Shown here in pieces: positions 9,907 to 19,930 of a stretch of DNA of 64,000 nt. The translations under genes were made by a program, and so were the position numbers. The DNA comes from a virus: IMG/VR virus record IMGVR_UViG_3300042549_005813. The stretch is one strand, 5' to 3'. Each line of letters opens with the position of its first letter. The first letter of the stretch is position 1. A model generated the notes under the pieces. That model was given only the letters and a program-made list of their open reading frames with translations, was not told the DNA's origin and did not search any database.

Positions 9907-10545
9907 ATGAAACCCACTATCGCTATATTCTTACATCAACCAAAATGTTCGGTACAATCTGGTAATGGAATAATTAAAGCACTAGAGACACATTACAACT
10001 TTAAAATATTTACAAAGCATGAACTAGAAAGTGATTTCTTTGATAATGTCGATATTGTTGCTTTTCCTGGTGGTTTGGGTGATAGTGATAGTTTTGATTT
10101 TTTATTTAAAGATAATCGTAGTCGCATTTCTGATTTTATTCATAATGGCGGCCGCTACCTGGGAATTTGCATGGGTGCTTATTGGGCTGGTAATAGTTAT
10201 TTCAATTTTCTTGATAATGTAGAAGTTGAACAATATATAACACGACCAAATACCGACACACGTAGGCCTCATGCAAAGAACTTAAAAATTGAATGGTTGG
10301 GTAAACAGGAGAAGATGTTCTTTTATGATGGTTGTGCCTTTGGACCAGGACAGTATGAAATTATTGCAAAGTATATGAATGATGATCCGATGGCCATTAT
10401 TCAGAACAGGATAGGTTTAATTGGTTGTCATCCTGAAAGTCAACCACATTGGTATAAATCATATAGTTGGATGAGAGGCCTCTATCACAATGGAGAACAT
10501 CATAAACTATTATTAGAATTCACAAATAAATTAATGGAGAGATAA
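9907..10545 (+). CDS. BPL-N / class I glutamine amidotransferase-like protein
   Basis: FPGG, GGRYLGICMGAY and GCHPE motifs. Confidence 0.75.
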   Translation: MKPTIAIFLHQPKCSVQSGNGIIKALETHYNFKIFTKHELESDFFDNVDIVAFPGGLGDSDSFDFLFKDNRSRISDFIHNGGRYLGICMGAYWAGNSYFNFLDNVEVEQYITRPNTDTRRPHAKNLKIEWLGKQEKMFFYDGCAFGPGQYEIIAKYMNDDPMAIIQNRIGLIGCHPESQPHWYKSYSWMRGLYHNGEHHKLLLEFTNKLMER

Positions 10546-10546
10546 G

Positions 10547-10789
10547 ATGAAGATATTAAGATTTACAGCATCATGGTGTGGGCCATGTAAATCATTAGCA
10601 ATGAATTTAGAACAAGCAAATTTACAAATGCCAATTGAAGTTATTGATATTGATGTTCAGTCTGATGTTGCAGTTGAATATGGAATTCGTGGTGTACCGA
10701 CATTAGTGATGTTGGATGAAAACATTGAGGTTAAACGATTGGTTGGTTCTAAAACCATCACAGAACTAAAAGAGTGGGCAACAGCATGA
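10547..10789 (+). CDS. trxA: thioredoxin
   Basis: WCGPC active site; GVPT. Confidence 0.92.
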   Translation: MKILRFTASWCGPCKSLAMNLEQANLQMPIEVIDIDVQSDVAVEYGIRGVPTLVMLDENIEVKRLVGSKTITELKEWATA

Positions 10790-11772
10790 TTAAGAAGATA
10801 GAATCCAGACTTACGGATGAAAGAAACAGTTTTAAACCTTTTAACTATCCATGGGCATATGATGCATGGTTGAAACATGAACAATCACATTGGCTTCACA
10901 CAGAAGTTCCAATGATGGAAGACGTTAAAGATTGGAAAAAGAAACTAAGCAAAGAAGAAAAACAATTTCTTACACATATCTTTAGATTCTTTACACAAGG
11001 CGACATTGACGTTGCTGGTGGTTATGTAAAGAACTATTTACCATATTTCCCTCAACCAGAAGTTCGCATGATGTTGTTAGGTTTTGCTGCAAGAGAAGCA
11101 TTACACGTTGCTGCATATAGTCACCTAATCGAAACACTCGGTTTACCTGAAGCCACTTATAACCAGTTCTTAGATTATCAAGAAATGAAAGATAAACACG
11201 ATTATGTGTTAGACCTTTCTTCTAAGAATGGTGATGCCGCCTCAACTGCAACCCACATCGCCGTGTTCAGTGCTTTCACTGAAGGGATGCAGTTGTTCTC
11301 CTCTTTCATCATGTTATTGAACTTTCCACGCACAGGTAAGATGAAAGGTATGGGACAGATTGTTACTTGGTCAATTGTTGATGAAACACAACATGCTGAG
11401 TCAATGATTAAATTATTCCGTACCTACATAGAAGAAAACAAAGAGATATGGAATGATGAACTTAAAGGCCGTATTTACAGCATTGCAGAAAAGATGGTTG
11501 AATTGGAAGATAAGTTTATTGACCTCGCCTTTTCTATGGGCGCTATGGACGGTCTATCTAGTGAAGATGTCAAAAAGTACATTCGTTATATTGCTGATAG
11601 GCGCCTTATATCTCTTGGTCTTAAAGGCATTTTTAAAGTGAAGAAGAATCCATTACCTTGGGTTGAAGAAATGATTAACGCACCAACACACACAAACTTC
11701 TTTGAGAACCGTGCAACTGATTATGCTAAAGGTGCATTGTCCGGAGATTGGGGCGATGTGTGGGCAAACTAA
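10786..11772 (+). CDS. nrdB: ribonucleotide reductase class Ia beta subunit
   Basis: FFTQGD, REALHVAAY, TEGMQLFSSF, DETQH, NFFENR. Confidence 0.96.
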   Translation: MIKKIESRLTDERNSFKPFNYPWAYDAWLKHEQSHWLHTEVPMMEDVKDWKKKLSKEEKQFLTHIFRFFTQGDIDVAGGYVKNYLPYFPQPEVRMMLLGFAAREALHVAAYSHLIETLGLPEATYNQFLDYQEMKDKHDYVLDLSSKNGDAASTATHIAVFSAFTEGMQLFSSFIMLLNFPRTGKMKGMGQIVTWSIVDETQHAESMIKLFRTYIEENKEIWNDELKGRIYSIAEKMVELEDKFIDLAFSMGAMDGLSSEDVKKYIRYIADRRLISLGLKGIFKVKKNPLPWVEEMINAPTHTNFFENRATDYAKGALSGDWGDVWAN

Positions 11773-11781
11773 AGGAAACAT

Positions 11782-11970
11782 ATGACAACAAGAACAATAA
11801 CAGCGGAGTGTAGTAACTGCGAATCCAGTTACGATGTAATTTTTATGGAAGAACTAGTATCAGAAGAATTACCTGAGTTTTGCCCGTTTTGTGGCGAAAC
11901 GATTGATTCATTATCCGAAGACGAATATATAGAGGATGATGAACTCAATGATAATGAAAAATGGGACTGA
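11782..11970 (+). CDS. small acidic zinc-ribbon protein
   Basis: CSNC...CPFCG. Confidence 0.6.
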   Translation: MTTRTITAECSNCESSYDVIFMEELVSEELPEFCPFCGETIDSLSEDEYIEDDELNDNEKWD

Positions 11971-12374
11971 ACTGGACATATAAAGACAAAGAATTTACAG
12001 AAGAATTGATTGGTGACGATTATGGCTTTGTGTATCTTATAACCAACAATGTAACAAATAAAAAATACATTGGTAAGAAGTTTTTCTATTCCTCAAAGAC
12101 TAGGCAAGTGAAAGGTAAGAAGAAACGATTCAAAGTTTCCTCTGACTGGCAAACTTATTACGGTAGTAACGAGGAATTGAAAAAAGATGTTATAATACAC
12201 GGACTAGATTCGTTTAGCCGAGAAATTATACATCTATGTAAAAGCAAAGGTGAGTGTGGTTATCTTGAAGCAAAAGAACAGTTTGTAAATGGTGCTCTGG
12301 AGACAGATGATTATTACAATTCTTGGATTATGGTAAGAGTAAGAAAATCACACATTAAAGGATTACAATGTTAG
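11961..12374 (+). CDS. GIY-YIG endonuclease
   Basis: GFVYLITN...KYIGKK, YYGS, LEAKEQF, YYN. Confidence 0.85.
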   Translation: MGLNWTYKDKEFTEELIGDDYGFVYLITNNVTNKKYIGKKFFYSSKTRQVKGKKKRFKVSSDWQTYYGSNEELKKDVIIHGLDSFSREIIHLCKSKGECGYLEAKEQFVNGALETDDYYNSWIMVRVRKSHIKGLQC

Positions 12375-12712
12375 ATTATTTGAAGGAGGTTGGTGGGGAA
12401 TTTGATGCTTTATTTTTCTTGCCAATGGAAGAAGAAGATAGTATCAACATTATGACTAACAAATATAAAAATCCAGGACAACCAATAAAAGGAAACATAA
12501 TTGGCGATTGGTGGCACATTTTGTTGTTTAAATGCAACGAAGAAAATGGCCAAGTCGAGGACCTTGATATCTTTGATGCCATATTTGCCGATCCTAGGGA
12601 ATACATATCCGGACTGATTCCCCAAGGTTGGTATGGTTTAATTGCAAAGAAAACCACAACCTCCCACAATTTTTTAGATGATGCTATTGACAAATTCAAG
12701 TCAATGATGTAA
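12368..12712 (+). CDS. hypothetical protein
   Basis: Tightly packed ORF with RBS (AAGGA). Confidence 0.5.
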   Translation: MLDYLKEVGGEFDALFFLPMEEEDSINIMTNKYKNPGQPIKGNIIGDWWHILLFKCNEENGQVEDLDIFDAIFADPREYISGLIPQGWYGLIAKKTTTSHNFLDDAIDKFKSMM

Positions 12713-12741
12713 AATATGGATATCTAAACTGAAAGTACATT

Positions 12742-13605
12742 ATGATTCTTGTTGACCTTAACCAGGTATTGTTAGCCGGACTTATGGCACAAATTGCCAG
12801 TCAAAAAGGTGTTAAATTAGAAGAAGGCCTTATCAGACACATGGTCCTGAATATACTCAGGACTCACCTAAAGAACTTCCGAGAAGAATATGGTGAAGTT
12901 GTACTGTGTGCTGACAACCGTAAATACTGGCGCAAGGAATTCTTTCCTTTCTACAAAGCCGGCCGTAAAAAAACCAGAGAGAAGTCTGAACTCGACTGGC
13001 ATTTAATCTTTGATATGCTTTCCAAGTTTAAGCAAGAGCTCAGAGATAATTTCCCTTACAAAGTCATTGATGTTGAGGGTGCAGAGGCTGATGATATCAT
13101 CGGTACACTTGTACCACGACATATCATGCATGAAAACATCCTAATCATTTCAAGTGATGGTGATTTCTTGCAATTACAGATGTATAACGGCCGAAGTGAG
13201 TATACCGTTAAACAATATAATCCTGCACAGAAGAAATTTCTCATTTCTAAGAATCCACTTGATGAATTGAAAGAAAAAATCATTCATGGTGATAAAGGTG
13301 ATGGCATTCCAAATATTATTTCACCGAGTGACACATTTGTGCGTGAGATTCGTCAGAAGGTTATGACAGAATCCAAACTTACAAAATTCATGGGTCAAGA
13401 CTATAGTGAATATGATGATGAAAATGCACGTATCGGTTTTTCACGTAACCAGACGTTGATTGACCTAAGAAATATACCAGGTGATATACAGACTAAAATT
13501 ATAAATACTTATGAAGAAACCAAACCAGCACCTAAAGGTAAGATACTGGATTATTTAATTACAAACAAACTGAAAAGTTTAATAGATGTTATTGGGGAAT
13601 TTTAA
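12742..13605 (+). CDS. rnh: T4 RNase H (5'-3' exonuclease)
   Basis: MILVDLNQ, YWRKEFFPFYKAGRK, EADDIIG, SSDGDFLQL, GDKGDGIPN. Confidence 0.93.
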   Translation: MILVDLNQVLLAGLMAQIASQKGVKLEEGLIRHMVLNILRTHLKNFREEYGEVVLCADNRKYWRKEFFPFYKAGRKKTREKSELDWHLIFDMLSKFKQELRDNFPYKVIDVEGAEADDIIGTLVPRHIMHENILIISSDGDFLQLQMYNGRSEYTVKQYNPAQKKFLISKNPLDELKEKIIHGDKGDGIPNIISPSDTFVREIRQKVMTESKLTKFMGQDYSEYDDENARIGFSRNQTLIDLRNIPGDIQTKIINTYEETKPAPKGKILDYLITNKLKSLIDVIGEF

Positions 13606-14030
13606 TGAAATCGCTATATGAAGTTTTTGATGAATTTGAACTGGCTAAGAATAAAAAAGAAAGAATGGATGTAATTTCTAAAAATCTTTCACAGTCATTG
13701 GTTGATGTATTGAAATTGGCTTATCATCCAGACATTCAATGGAAAATTAAAGAACTGCCAGAAAATTATCGTATACCAACAGATATGTTACCTGGTATTA
13801 CACATGATAATATTAATGGACAAATACGTAGAATGTATATGTTCAGAGTTGGTGATCCAACCGCAGAAAAATTAAATGAACACCGTAGAAATGAATTACT
13901 AATTCAAATGTTAGAATCAATTGAACCACGGGAAGCAGAAGTTATATTGGGTATCTTCCAAAAAGATTTGGGAGTAAAAGGGTTAGACTATAAATTTGTA
14001 AAAGAGGCATTTCCAGACATGTTGCCATGA
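13605..14030 (+). CDS. conserved T4-like hypothetical protein (DUF6433-like)
   Basis: Typical neighbour of rnh; IQMLESIEPREAE...VKEAFP. Confidence 0.6.
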   Translation: MKSLYEVFDEFELAKNKKERMDVISKNLSQSLVDVLKLAYHPDIQWKIKELPENYRIPTDMLPGITHDNINGQIRRMYMFRVGDPTAEKLNEHRRNELLIQMLESIEPREAEVILGIFQKDLGVKGLDYKFVKEAFPDMLP

Positions 14031-14416
14031 CGAAAAAAGAAAACATCATTGTCTTATCAGGTGAATTCGATTACATAACTTATAATGATTTTAAATTATT
14101 AAAAACATGCAAATCTAAATGTGATTGGCTTGTTGTAGGAGTTCATTCTGACTCCTATATGGAGTTATGTCGAAATAGGACCAAAAGTACATTCGAACAA
14201 AGAAAAGAATTTGTAGAAAGTATTTCTTATGTTGATGAGGTGTTTGCTTTTAATGATTTTGATGGAACCTGCTGTAATTTACTAAAACTTATAAAACTAT
14301 GTTATCCCGCATCCAATATAATCTATGTTTCAGAAACAAACGTAGAGGATATGCCAGAAGCTCGTATTCGTGGCATCACATTCACAACATTTGAAATTAT
14401 TAATCAAGGAGTTTAA
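14027..14416 (+). CDS. cytidylyltransferase-like protein (degenerate HxGH)
   Basis: SGEFD...DWLVVGVHSD...RKEFVESISYVDEV fold motifs. Confidence 0.7.
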   Translation: MTKKENIIVLSGEFDYITYNDFKLLKTCKSKCDWLVVGVHSDSYMELCRNRTKSTFEQRKEFVESISYVDEVFAFNDFDGTCCNLLKLIKLCYPASNIIYVSETNVEDMPEARIRGITFTTFEIINQGV

Positions 14417-14421
14417 TTAAA

Positions 14422-14601
14422 GTGTCTAAATTTTCTGGAAAGTTTCGCAACCAGCGAGACTATGATGATGAGAAGTATTTCCAAGAGGAAAACAGAAACA
14501 AAAAACGTCAGAAGCAACAACGAAAACAAAAGTACTACGATGAGTATGAGTCTTTTGAATCCAATCAAAGATATAACAAATCCCAAAAAATTAATTACTG
14601 A
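14422..14601 (+). CDS. small basic hypothetical protein (59 aa, not in ORF track)
   Basis: GTG start after AGGAG; open to TGA at 14599-14601. Confidence 0.5.
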   Translation: MSKFSGKFRNQRDYDDEKYFQEENRNKKRQKQQRKQKYYDEYESFESNQRYNKSQKINY

Positions 14602-14654
14602 TGTTGTAAATTAACAACACCACTATTGACACTCTTTGATGGATGGTGTATAAT
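14602..14654 (+). promoter_or_regulatory. sigma70 promoter with upstream palindrome
   Basis: TGTTGT-N6-ACAACA (14602-14619) followed by TTGACA-17-TATAAT. Confidence 0.8.
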
Positions 14655-14678
14655 ACAACCATTGTTTAGGAGATTTTT

Positions 14679-15008
14679 ATGATGATATATGTTCGAATCG
14701 CAAAGTCCAAGAAAAAACTAGGACCAAAAGCTGTGCGTGAACAATATGATGCGTGGTTGAAATCACACCAAACATCGAAACCCATCAAATCCACAAGCAA
14801 TCAACTAACATATAAACTGTCGGCACCTGCCGGTCGTGAAACTGTGCATTATCCGTCATTAAATACAGGTAACGGTGTCGCTACTAAAGCAACACCGAAG
14901 GTTTACACTGGCACAAAAGTGATGGGAATAGCAACAATGCACAAATCAAACGCTGTTCCTGTGTTTAACAGTCAGGAAGCTGTAGAAATTTCAAAAATGA
15001 GGCGCTAA
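14679..15008 (+). CDS. conserved phage hypothetical protein
   Basis: C-terminal YTG...GIATMHKSNAVPVF motif seen in T4-like phages. Confidence 0.65.
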   Translation: MMIYVRIAKSKKKLGPKAVREQYDAWLKSHQTSKPIKSTSNQLTYKLSAPAGRETVHYPSLNTGNGVATKATPKVYTGTKVMGIATMHKSNAVPVFNSQEAVEISKMRR

Positions 15009-15009
15009 A

Positions 15010-15162
15010 ATGAGTAAGAAAATGAGTTTTGTTGTAAAATTACAACGTCCTGTGTGTCGTACACCAATCAAGCCTGTACAAGCACATAAGAATGTCGTAA
15101 AATACAGTCGTAAAGATGAGAAAAAGACAATTTTGTCGCAAATTGCTGTTGTAGGAGACTAA
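15010..15162 (+). CDS. small basic hypothetical protein (50 aa)
   Basis: ATG directly after the upstream stop; fills the gap in the operon. Confidence 0.45.
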   Translation: MSKKMSFVVKLQRPVCRTPIKPVQAHKNVVKYSRKDEKKTILSQIAVVGD

Positions 15163-15302
15163 AATGTCGCAAAACACTGAGCTAAAACAAGAACCGCAAG
15201 ATCCTATTGACTGGAAATTGCTAGATGAAGTTGTCCGTAAGTGGGCAGTACTATCAGGACATGAAGATGACCAAGATTGGTACAGGAAAATGAAGGAATA
15301 TT

Positions 15303-15479
15303 ATGAGTAAGAGATATATTATTGATTTGCAAGAAGCGAATGACGGCACCGGCGATGCAATCTTACAATTTCCTGATGAATTGCTTGCTGAAACAGGCTG
15401 GAAAGAAGGCACTGTGTTAAATATGAGAGTTGAAGAAACTCCAACAGGCAATGTTATTATTATGACTGAGAAAAAATAA
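15303..15479 (+). CDS. AbrB/MazE/SpoVT-family DNA-binding protein (58 aa, not in ORF track)
   Basis: MSKRYIIDLQEANDGTGDAILQFPDELLAETGWKEGTVLNMRVE fits the swapped-hairpin pattern. Confidence 0.65.
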   Translation: MSKRYIIDLQEANDGTGDAILQFPDELLAETGWKEGTVLNMRVEETPTGNVIIMTEKK

Positions 15480-17569
15480 TGGAATTACTTGAATCAAAAT
15501 CACTTTTAGCCAAATTGATGGCAACCGAGAACCTTGTTGTTGAACAACGTCCGGTACCAACAGCATCTTTTGACGTTAAGAATCGGATTTTGACACTTCC
15601 GGTACTGGATAAAAATATCTCTAGTGCTCTTTATGACCTTTTTACAGGACATGAAGTTGGCCATGCTCTCTATACGCCTATGGATGGTATGTTGAAAGCA
15701 AGAGATGAAAAGGTTATCAGAGATGTATCTAATGTGGTTGAAGATTCCCGTATTGAACGCAAAATCAAATACAAATATCCAGGCCTTAAAAATTCATTCG
15801 TCAAAGCTTATGGTGAGCTTATGAGTAGAGATTTCTTTGGTATCAAAGGAACAGATATCAACAAGATGAATTTTCTTGACCGCATTAACCTGCACTGCAA
15901 AGGCGGCGCAGCATTACGTATTGAATTCAATGATGAAGAACGTGGTTTGCTTAATGAAGTTGAAACCACCGAAACCTATGATGATGTTATTGATGTATCG
16001 AAGAAAATTATCAAATACATGAAACGCAGATTAGAAGAAGAAGAACAAAAGCGTGCTAAAGCTAAAGCTGAAAACAATGATGATGGTGAAGATGAAGACG
16101 AATCAGAATATGAAGAAGTTGATTTTGATGACCAAGGCAATTCAAAAGAACAAACTTTTGAAGATGGTGAAGATGTAGAAGAACAAGAGGTTGAATCTAA
16201 CAAACAATCTGATGGTGATGAATTTGATTCTGTAGAAGAAGATAAGAAAGTAAGCCTGGAAGACCAGATTCGTTCTTTTACTGATGCTGCCTATAAAGAA
16301 AACGAAAAGCAACTTTTTGACAATAGTTTGAGTAATATTATATACGCAAATATTCCATATTTTAATCCAAAAGATGTTGTTGACCACAAATATATTTGGA
16401 AAAGATACAAAGAAGAAAACTTCAGTTCTTCAACAGAAACATTCCTTAAAATTCGAAATGAAAGTAACAAAGTAGTTTCCTACCTTGTTAAAGAATTTGA
16501 AATGCGTAAGAATGCTGACCAGTTGAAACGCACAACAACTGCCAAAACTGGTGAGTTGAATATGAATAAGATTTACTCTTATGGTTTCAGTGAAGATATC
16601 TTTAAGAAAATCTCGGTTGTTCCTGGTGGTAAATCACACGGACTTGTTATGTTCCTCGATTGGTCTGGTTCTATGATTGACCACATCGGTAACACAATGA
16701 AACAATTAATCAATTTGGTATTGTTCTGCAAGAAAATGAACATACCCTATGAAGTGTTTGCTTTTGTTGAAGACACCGAAACGGAAAAACTAACCAAACA
16801 AACACCAAAAGAAAATGACATATATTTCAAACCTTATGGTTTGATGAACCTATTATCATCTAGGATGTCTAGTTCCGAGTTCACTTATGCAGGTTCATCA
16901 TTAGTTTGTATGGCTGGTCTAGGCAAAGTCCGTGGTTATTTCCCCCATTGGATGCATATGCAAGGCACACCCCTGAACCAAGCAATCGTTCATGCAATGA
17001 CTATCGTTCCTGAATTTCAAAAGAAAAACAAATTACAGATTGTCAATACAATTTTTCTAACAGACGGTGAAAGTAATAATGCTAACCGTTATTTACAAAA
17101 AGATTCTTATTACGGACTAACAGATGTACACATGAAGTGTGAAAGATTAGTTATTCGTGATCCTGTTACCAAACATGAAGAAAAGATTGATGGTAAAAAT
17201 GGTTACGAAGCACAGACAAATGCTTTCATTCGTTTGTTGAAAGCAAGAACTGGTTCTAATGTTATTGGTTTTTATGTTATCAATGGTAGAGATTTTAACC
17301 GTAAAGTGCATCAGTGGTTTCCGAAACAAATGAACCACGAAGAAATGAAGGACAATTTTAGAAAATCTAAGTTTGCCATTCTGGAGAATACTGGATATGA
17401 TGAGTACTATATCTTGCGGTCAAATGGCCTAGATACCGATGAGGATTCTACTTTCGAAGTTAAAGAAAACTCAACCTTCAGAGGTATTGCCTCTGCATTT
17501 ACAAAGTACAATAATGGCAAACATAACAGTCGTGTTGTACTGAATCGTTTTATCGGACTTATTACATAG
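15479..17569 (+). CDS. CobT-like metallopeptidase/VWA protein (MoxR partner)
   Basis: GHEVGHALYT (HExxH), NVVEDSRIE, acidic linker, VWA MIDAS DWSGSM...GTPL...LTDGE. Confidence 0.85.
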   Translation: MELLESKSLLAKLMATENLVVEQRPVPTASFDVKNRILTLPVLDKNISSALYDLFTGHEVGHALYTPMDGMLKARDEKVIRDVSNVVEDSRIERKIKYKYPGLKNSFVKAYGELMSRDFFGIKGTDINKMNFLDRINLHCKGGAALRIEFNDEERGLLNEVETTETYDDVIDVSKKIIKYMKRRLEEEEQKRAKAKAENNDDGEDEDESEYEEVDFDDQGNSKEQTFEDGEDVEEQEVESNKQSDGDEFDSVEEDKKVSLEDQIRSFTDAAYKENEKQLFDNSLSNIIYANIPYFNPKDVVDHKYIWKRYKEENFSSSTETFLKIRNESNKVVSYLVKEFEMRKNADQLKRTTTAKTGELNMNKIYSYGFSEDIFKKISVVPGGKSHGLVMFLDWSGSMIDHIGNTMKQLINLVLFCKKMNIPYEVFAFVEDTETEKLTKQTPKENDIYFKPYGLMNLLSSRMSSSEFTYAGSSLVCMAGLGKVRGYFPHWMHMQGTPLNQAIVHAMTIVPEFQKKNKLQIVNTIFLTDGESNNANRYLQKDSYYGLTDVHMKCERLVIRDPVTKHEEKIDGKNGYEAQTNAFIRLLKARTGSNVIGFYVINGRDFNRKVHQWFPKQMNHEEMKDNFRKSKFAILENTGYDEYYILRSNGLDTDEDSTFEVKENSTFRGIASAFTKYNNGKHNSRVVLNRFIGLIT

Positions 17570-17577
17570 GAGTTATT

Positions 17578-17811
17578 ATGGAAATTTATTCAGAATATTA
17601 TGGTGCAGGTAGAAAGGCTACCGTGACTAGACTTGCTAGAGGTGTTCTCGACAGACAGTTTGATGTTTGGGAAGTTGCCTTGTACATTGAGAACAAAGTG
17701 GTACAACGAACCACGATTCGTACCGAGAGTGAAGCAGAAGATTTTGCCGAATCTTGGTGTCAAGGTGCCGATGGCAACCAAGTTTTGTTGAATGAGGTTA
17801 TTAATGGATAA
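17578..17811 (+). CDS. hypothetical protein
   Basis: RBS AGGAG; tight gene packing. Confidence 0.55.
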   Translation: MEIYSEYYGAGRKATVTRLARGVLDRQFDVWEVALYIENKVVQRTTIRTESEAEDFAESWCQGADGNQVLLNEVING

Positions 17812-18082
17812 AAAGACCAAAGAGATTTTCTGTATCACACAGGAAGAATGTGCTGAAGTGACGCAGGCAATCTCAAAGATTTTCCGTTTCGGTTTTGACT
17901 CCGTGCATCCTGTTACAAACAAAAGTAACATGCAGAGTTTGGAAGAAGAAGTTGGAGACCTTTTGGCTATGATAGATATTATGGTAGAGAAGTGTATTGT
18001 TTCTGACAGTAATATTAACGCAGCCAGACAGGCCAAAAAAGAGAAACTGAAAATCTGGTCTAACATTTATAAAGAGGTATAA
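17804..18082 (+). CDS. MazG-like NTP pyrophosphohydrolase
   Basis: QEECAEVTQAISKIFRFG...LEEEVGDL. Confidence 0.75.
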   Translation: MDKKTKEIFCITQEECAEVTQAISKIFRFGFDSVHPVTNKSNMQSLEEEVGDLLAMIDIMVEKCIVSDSNINAARQAKKEKLKIWSNIYKEV

Positions 18083-18083
18083 A

Positions 18084-18560
18084 ATGGACGAATACGGTTA
18101 TAATAAATTCGAAGAATATTTAATTAAAATATTAAAAAATAGGACTGAGGTTCTAGAACCAGAAATTGGTGATAACATTTCTCCTATTTCTGAAATCAAA
18201 GTTGCATTTGATGGTTATGGTGATTTAGAAACTGAAGATGCCAATGGTGACTACGAATACGTAGAACACGGTAATACAAACCTAGAATCATATGCAATCT
18301 ATATTCATAAAGATTCTGCAAAACGTGGTTTTGTTTTTCCTGAACACGATACACATTCTTTCACATTTGGTAATATGGTGCAACACCGTCCAGATGAAGA
18401 AGTTTGTTTGTTTGCATGGCATGAGTTTCTTGAAGAAGAAGATGCTTGGCGTTGGTATGTCATTCCTTTGGAAGACAGGCTGGCAGAAGACAATTCATTG
18501 ACAGCAGAACAAGTTATGGAAATCTTAGAAGTAGTTGTTAACAGATATTTTATTGAATAA
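18084..18560 (+). CDS. acidic hypothetical protein
   Basis: RBS GAGG; ORF packing. Confidence 0.55.
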   Translation: MDEYGYNKFEEYLIKILKNRTEVLEPEIGDNISPISEIKVAFDGYGDLETEDANGDYEYVEHGNTNLESYAIYIHKDSAKRGFVFPEHDTHSFTFGNMVQHRPDEEVCLFAWHEFLEEEDAWRWYVIPLEDRLAEDNSLTAEQVMEILEVVVNRYFIE

Positions 18561-19771
18561 TGTTTTTCATACATAAAACAGTTAGTCTTTGTAATCATTG
18601 TTATAAACATATACCAGGAATTGTATATGAAAATGATAAAGAAATTTTAATGGCCAAAAAATGTCCGCAACATGGTATTATGCATAGTGTTGTAGAAACA
18701 GATGTTGAATTTTATTACGGTATTGAACATTTTCAAGAAATGTATGAGGACCTAAAAGAAAAATTACCAATATCAAATTCATCTGTCAATCAAATTTTAT
18801 TTGAAGCTAGTGATAGGTGTCAATTAGAATGTCCACATTGTTATCATTTACCTGATAATAAAATCACAGATAGAAAAATAGAAGATATCATAAAACAAAT
18901 TGATGGTTTTCCAAAAACTGGTATTCCTATGTTGGCTGGAGCTGAGGCTACATTGAGGCCGGATTTTTTTGATTTGTGTAAACAAATAGACTCTTTGGGT
19001 TTTGAACAATTTGAATTATTATCAAACGGATTGAAATTTAGTAGTGCTGATTGGACGAAAAAGATATTTCAATCTGGACTTAAAAGCGTATGCGTAGGAT
19101 TAAATCACAGTAGTTATCAAGGATTAAAAGTACATAATAAACAACTTCGTGGTTTAAACAACATATTAGAATATGGTGTTGGTTGTGGTTATGTCGGTTA
19201 TACTATAGAGAGTTACGAACATTTACCTGAAATATTAAATGAAATAAGATTATTGGCTAATCCAAAAATAGACCATTTCAGAATTCGTTGTGGTAGTTTT
19301 ATTGGAAGAAGTTCGGATAAGGAACGTTCTTATTTGAGTAAAATGATTAAGTACATCAAAAACATTCTTGGAGATGAAATCTCAATATCTAAATCAGATA
19401 ATAATCCTTATCATATCATGATGAATTGGAAGGGAATTGATTTACGTTTAATACAATGGCCGGATGTTACTAATATAGATATGGAAGAACTTGATGTTGG
19501 ACCTTGGTGTCAGTTCTATCGTGGACCAATTACAAATTTTGTACACCAAGTTATCACAAGAGATGCTTACAAAAATATGGGACTACCTCAATTGGATGTC
19601 GTACCTGAAAAATATACATACAAATATAAACCAATGCAATATTGGAAAGACGAATGGTTTAAGCCAATAAAAATTAAAGAAAGTGATTTGATTAATGATG
19701 TTCAAATGTGGGATTTGAAAAATATTGGTGTTGATTTAAAACCTTCAATAATACCAATAAAGAAAAACTAA
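18560..19771 (+). CDS. radical SAM protein with N-terminal CxxC...CPxHG Zn-binding module
   Basis: SLCNHC...KKCPQHG; CQLECPHC (CxxxCxxC); GAEATL; SNG. Confidence 0.8.
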   Translation: MFFIHKTVSLCNHCYKHIPGIVYENDKEILMAKKCPQHGIMHSVVETDVEFYYGIEHFQEMYEDLKEKLPISNSSVNQILFEASDRCQLECPHCYHLPDNKITDRKIEDIIKQIDGFPKTGIPMLAGAEATLRPDFFDLCKQIDSLGFEQFELLSNGLKFSSADWTKKIFQSGLKSVCVGLNHSSYQGLKVHNKQLRGLNNILEYGVGCGYVGYTIESYEHLPEILNEIRLLANPKIDHFRIRCGSFIGRSSDKERSYLSKMIKYIKNILGDEISISKSDNNPYHIMMNWKGIDLRLIQWPDVTNIDMEELDVGPWCQFYRGPITNFVHQVITRDAYKNMGLPQLDVVPEKYTYKYKPMQYWKDEWFKPIKIKESDLINDVQMWDLKNIGVDLKPSIIPIKKN

Positions 19772-19780
19772 AGATATATA

Positions 19781-19930
19781 ATGACCGATGAACAGGCCTT
19801 AGCCATTTATGAGAAACTGAAACAGAAACACGGTGATAACTTACCGGATCCTGACCACGAACCTATACAATTTGCCCATTGCATAAAGATGATGAAACAT
19901 TATGAACCAGAAATATTCAGAACAGTATGA
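19781..19930 (+). CDS. small hypothetical protein (49 aa)
   Basis: ATG at 19781; LPDPDHEPIQF motif; fills the gap. Confidence 0.45.
   Translation: MTDEQALAIYEKLKQKHGDNLPDPDHEPIQFAHCIKMMKHYEPEIFRTV

Noticed and set aside
7097-11772. Group I introns or inteins in thyX/nrdA/nrdB as in T4
   Set aside because: The ORFs are uninterrupted and of normal or compact length.
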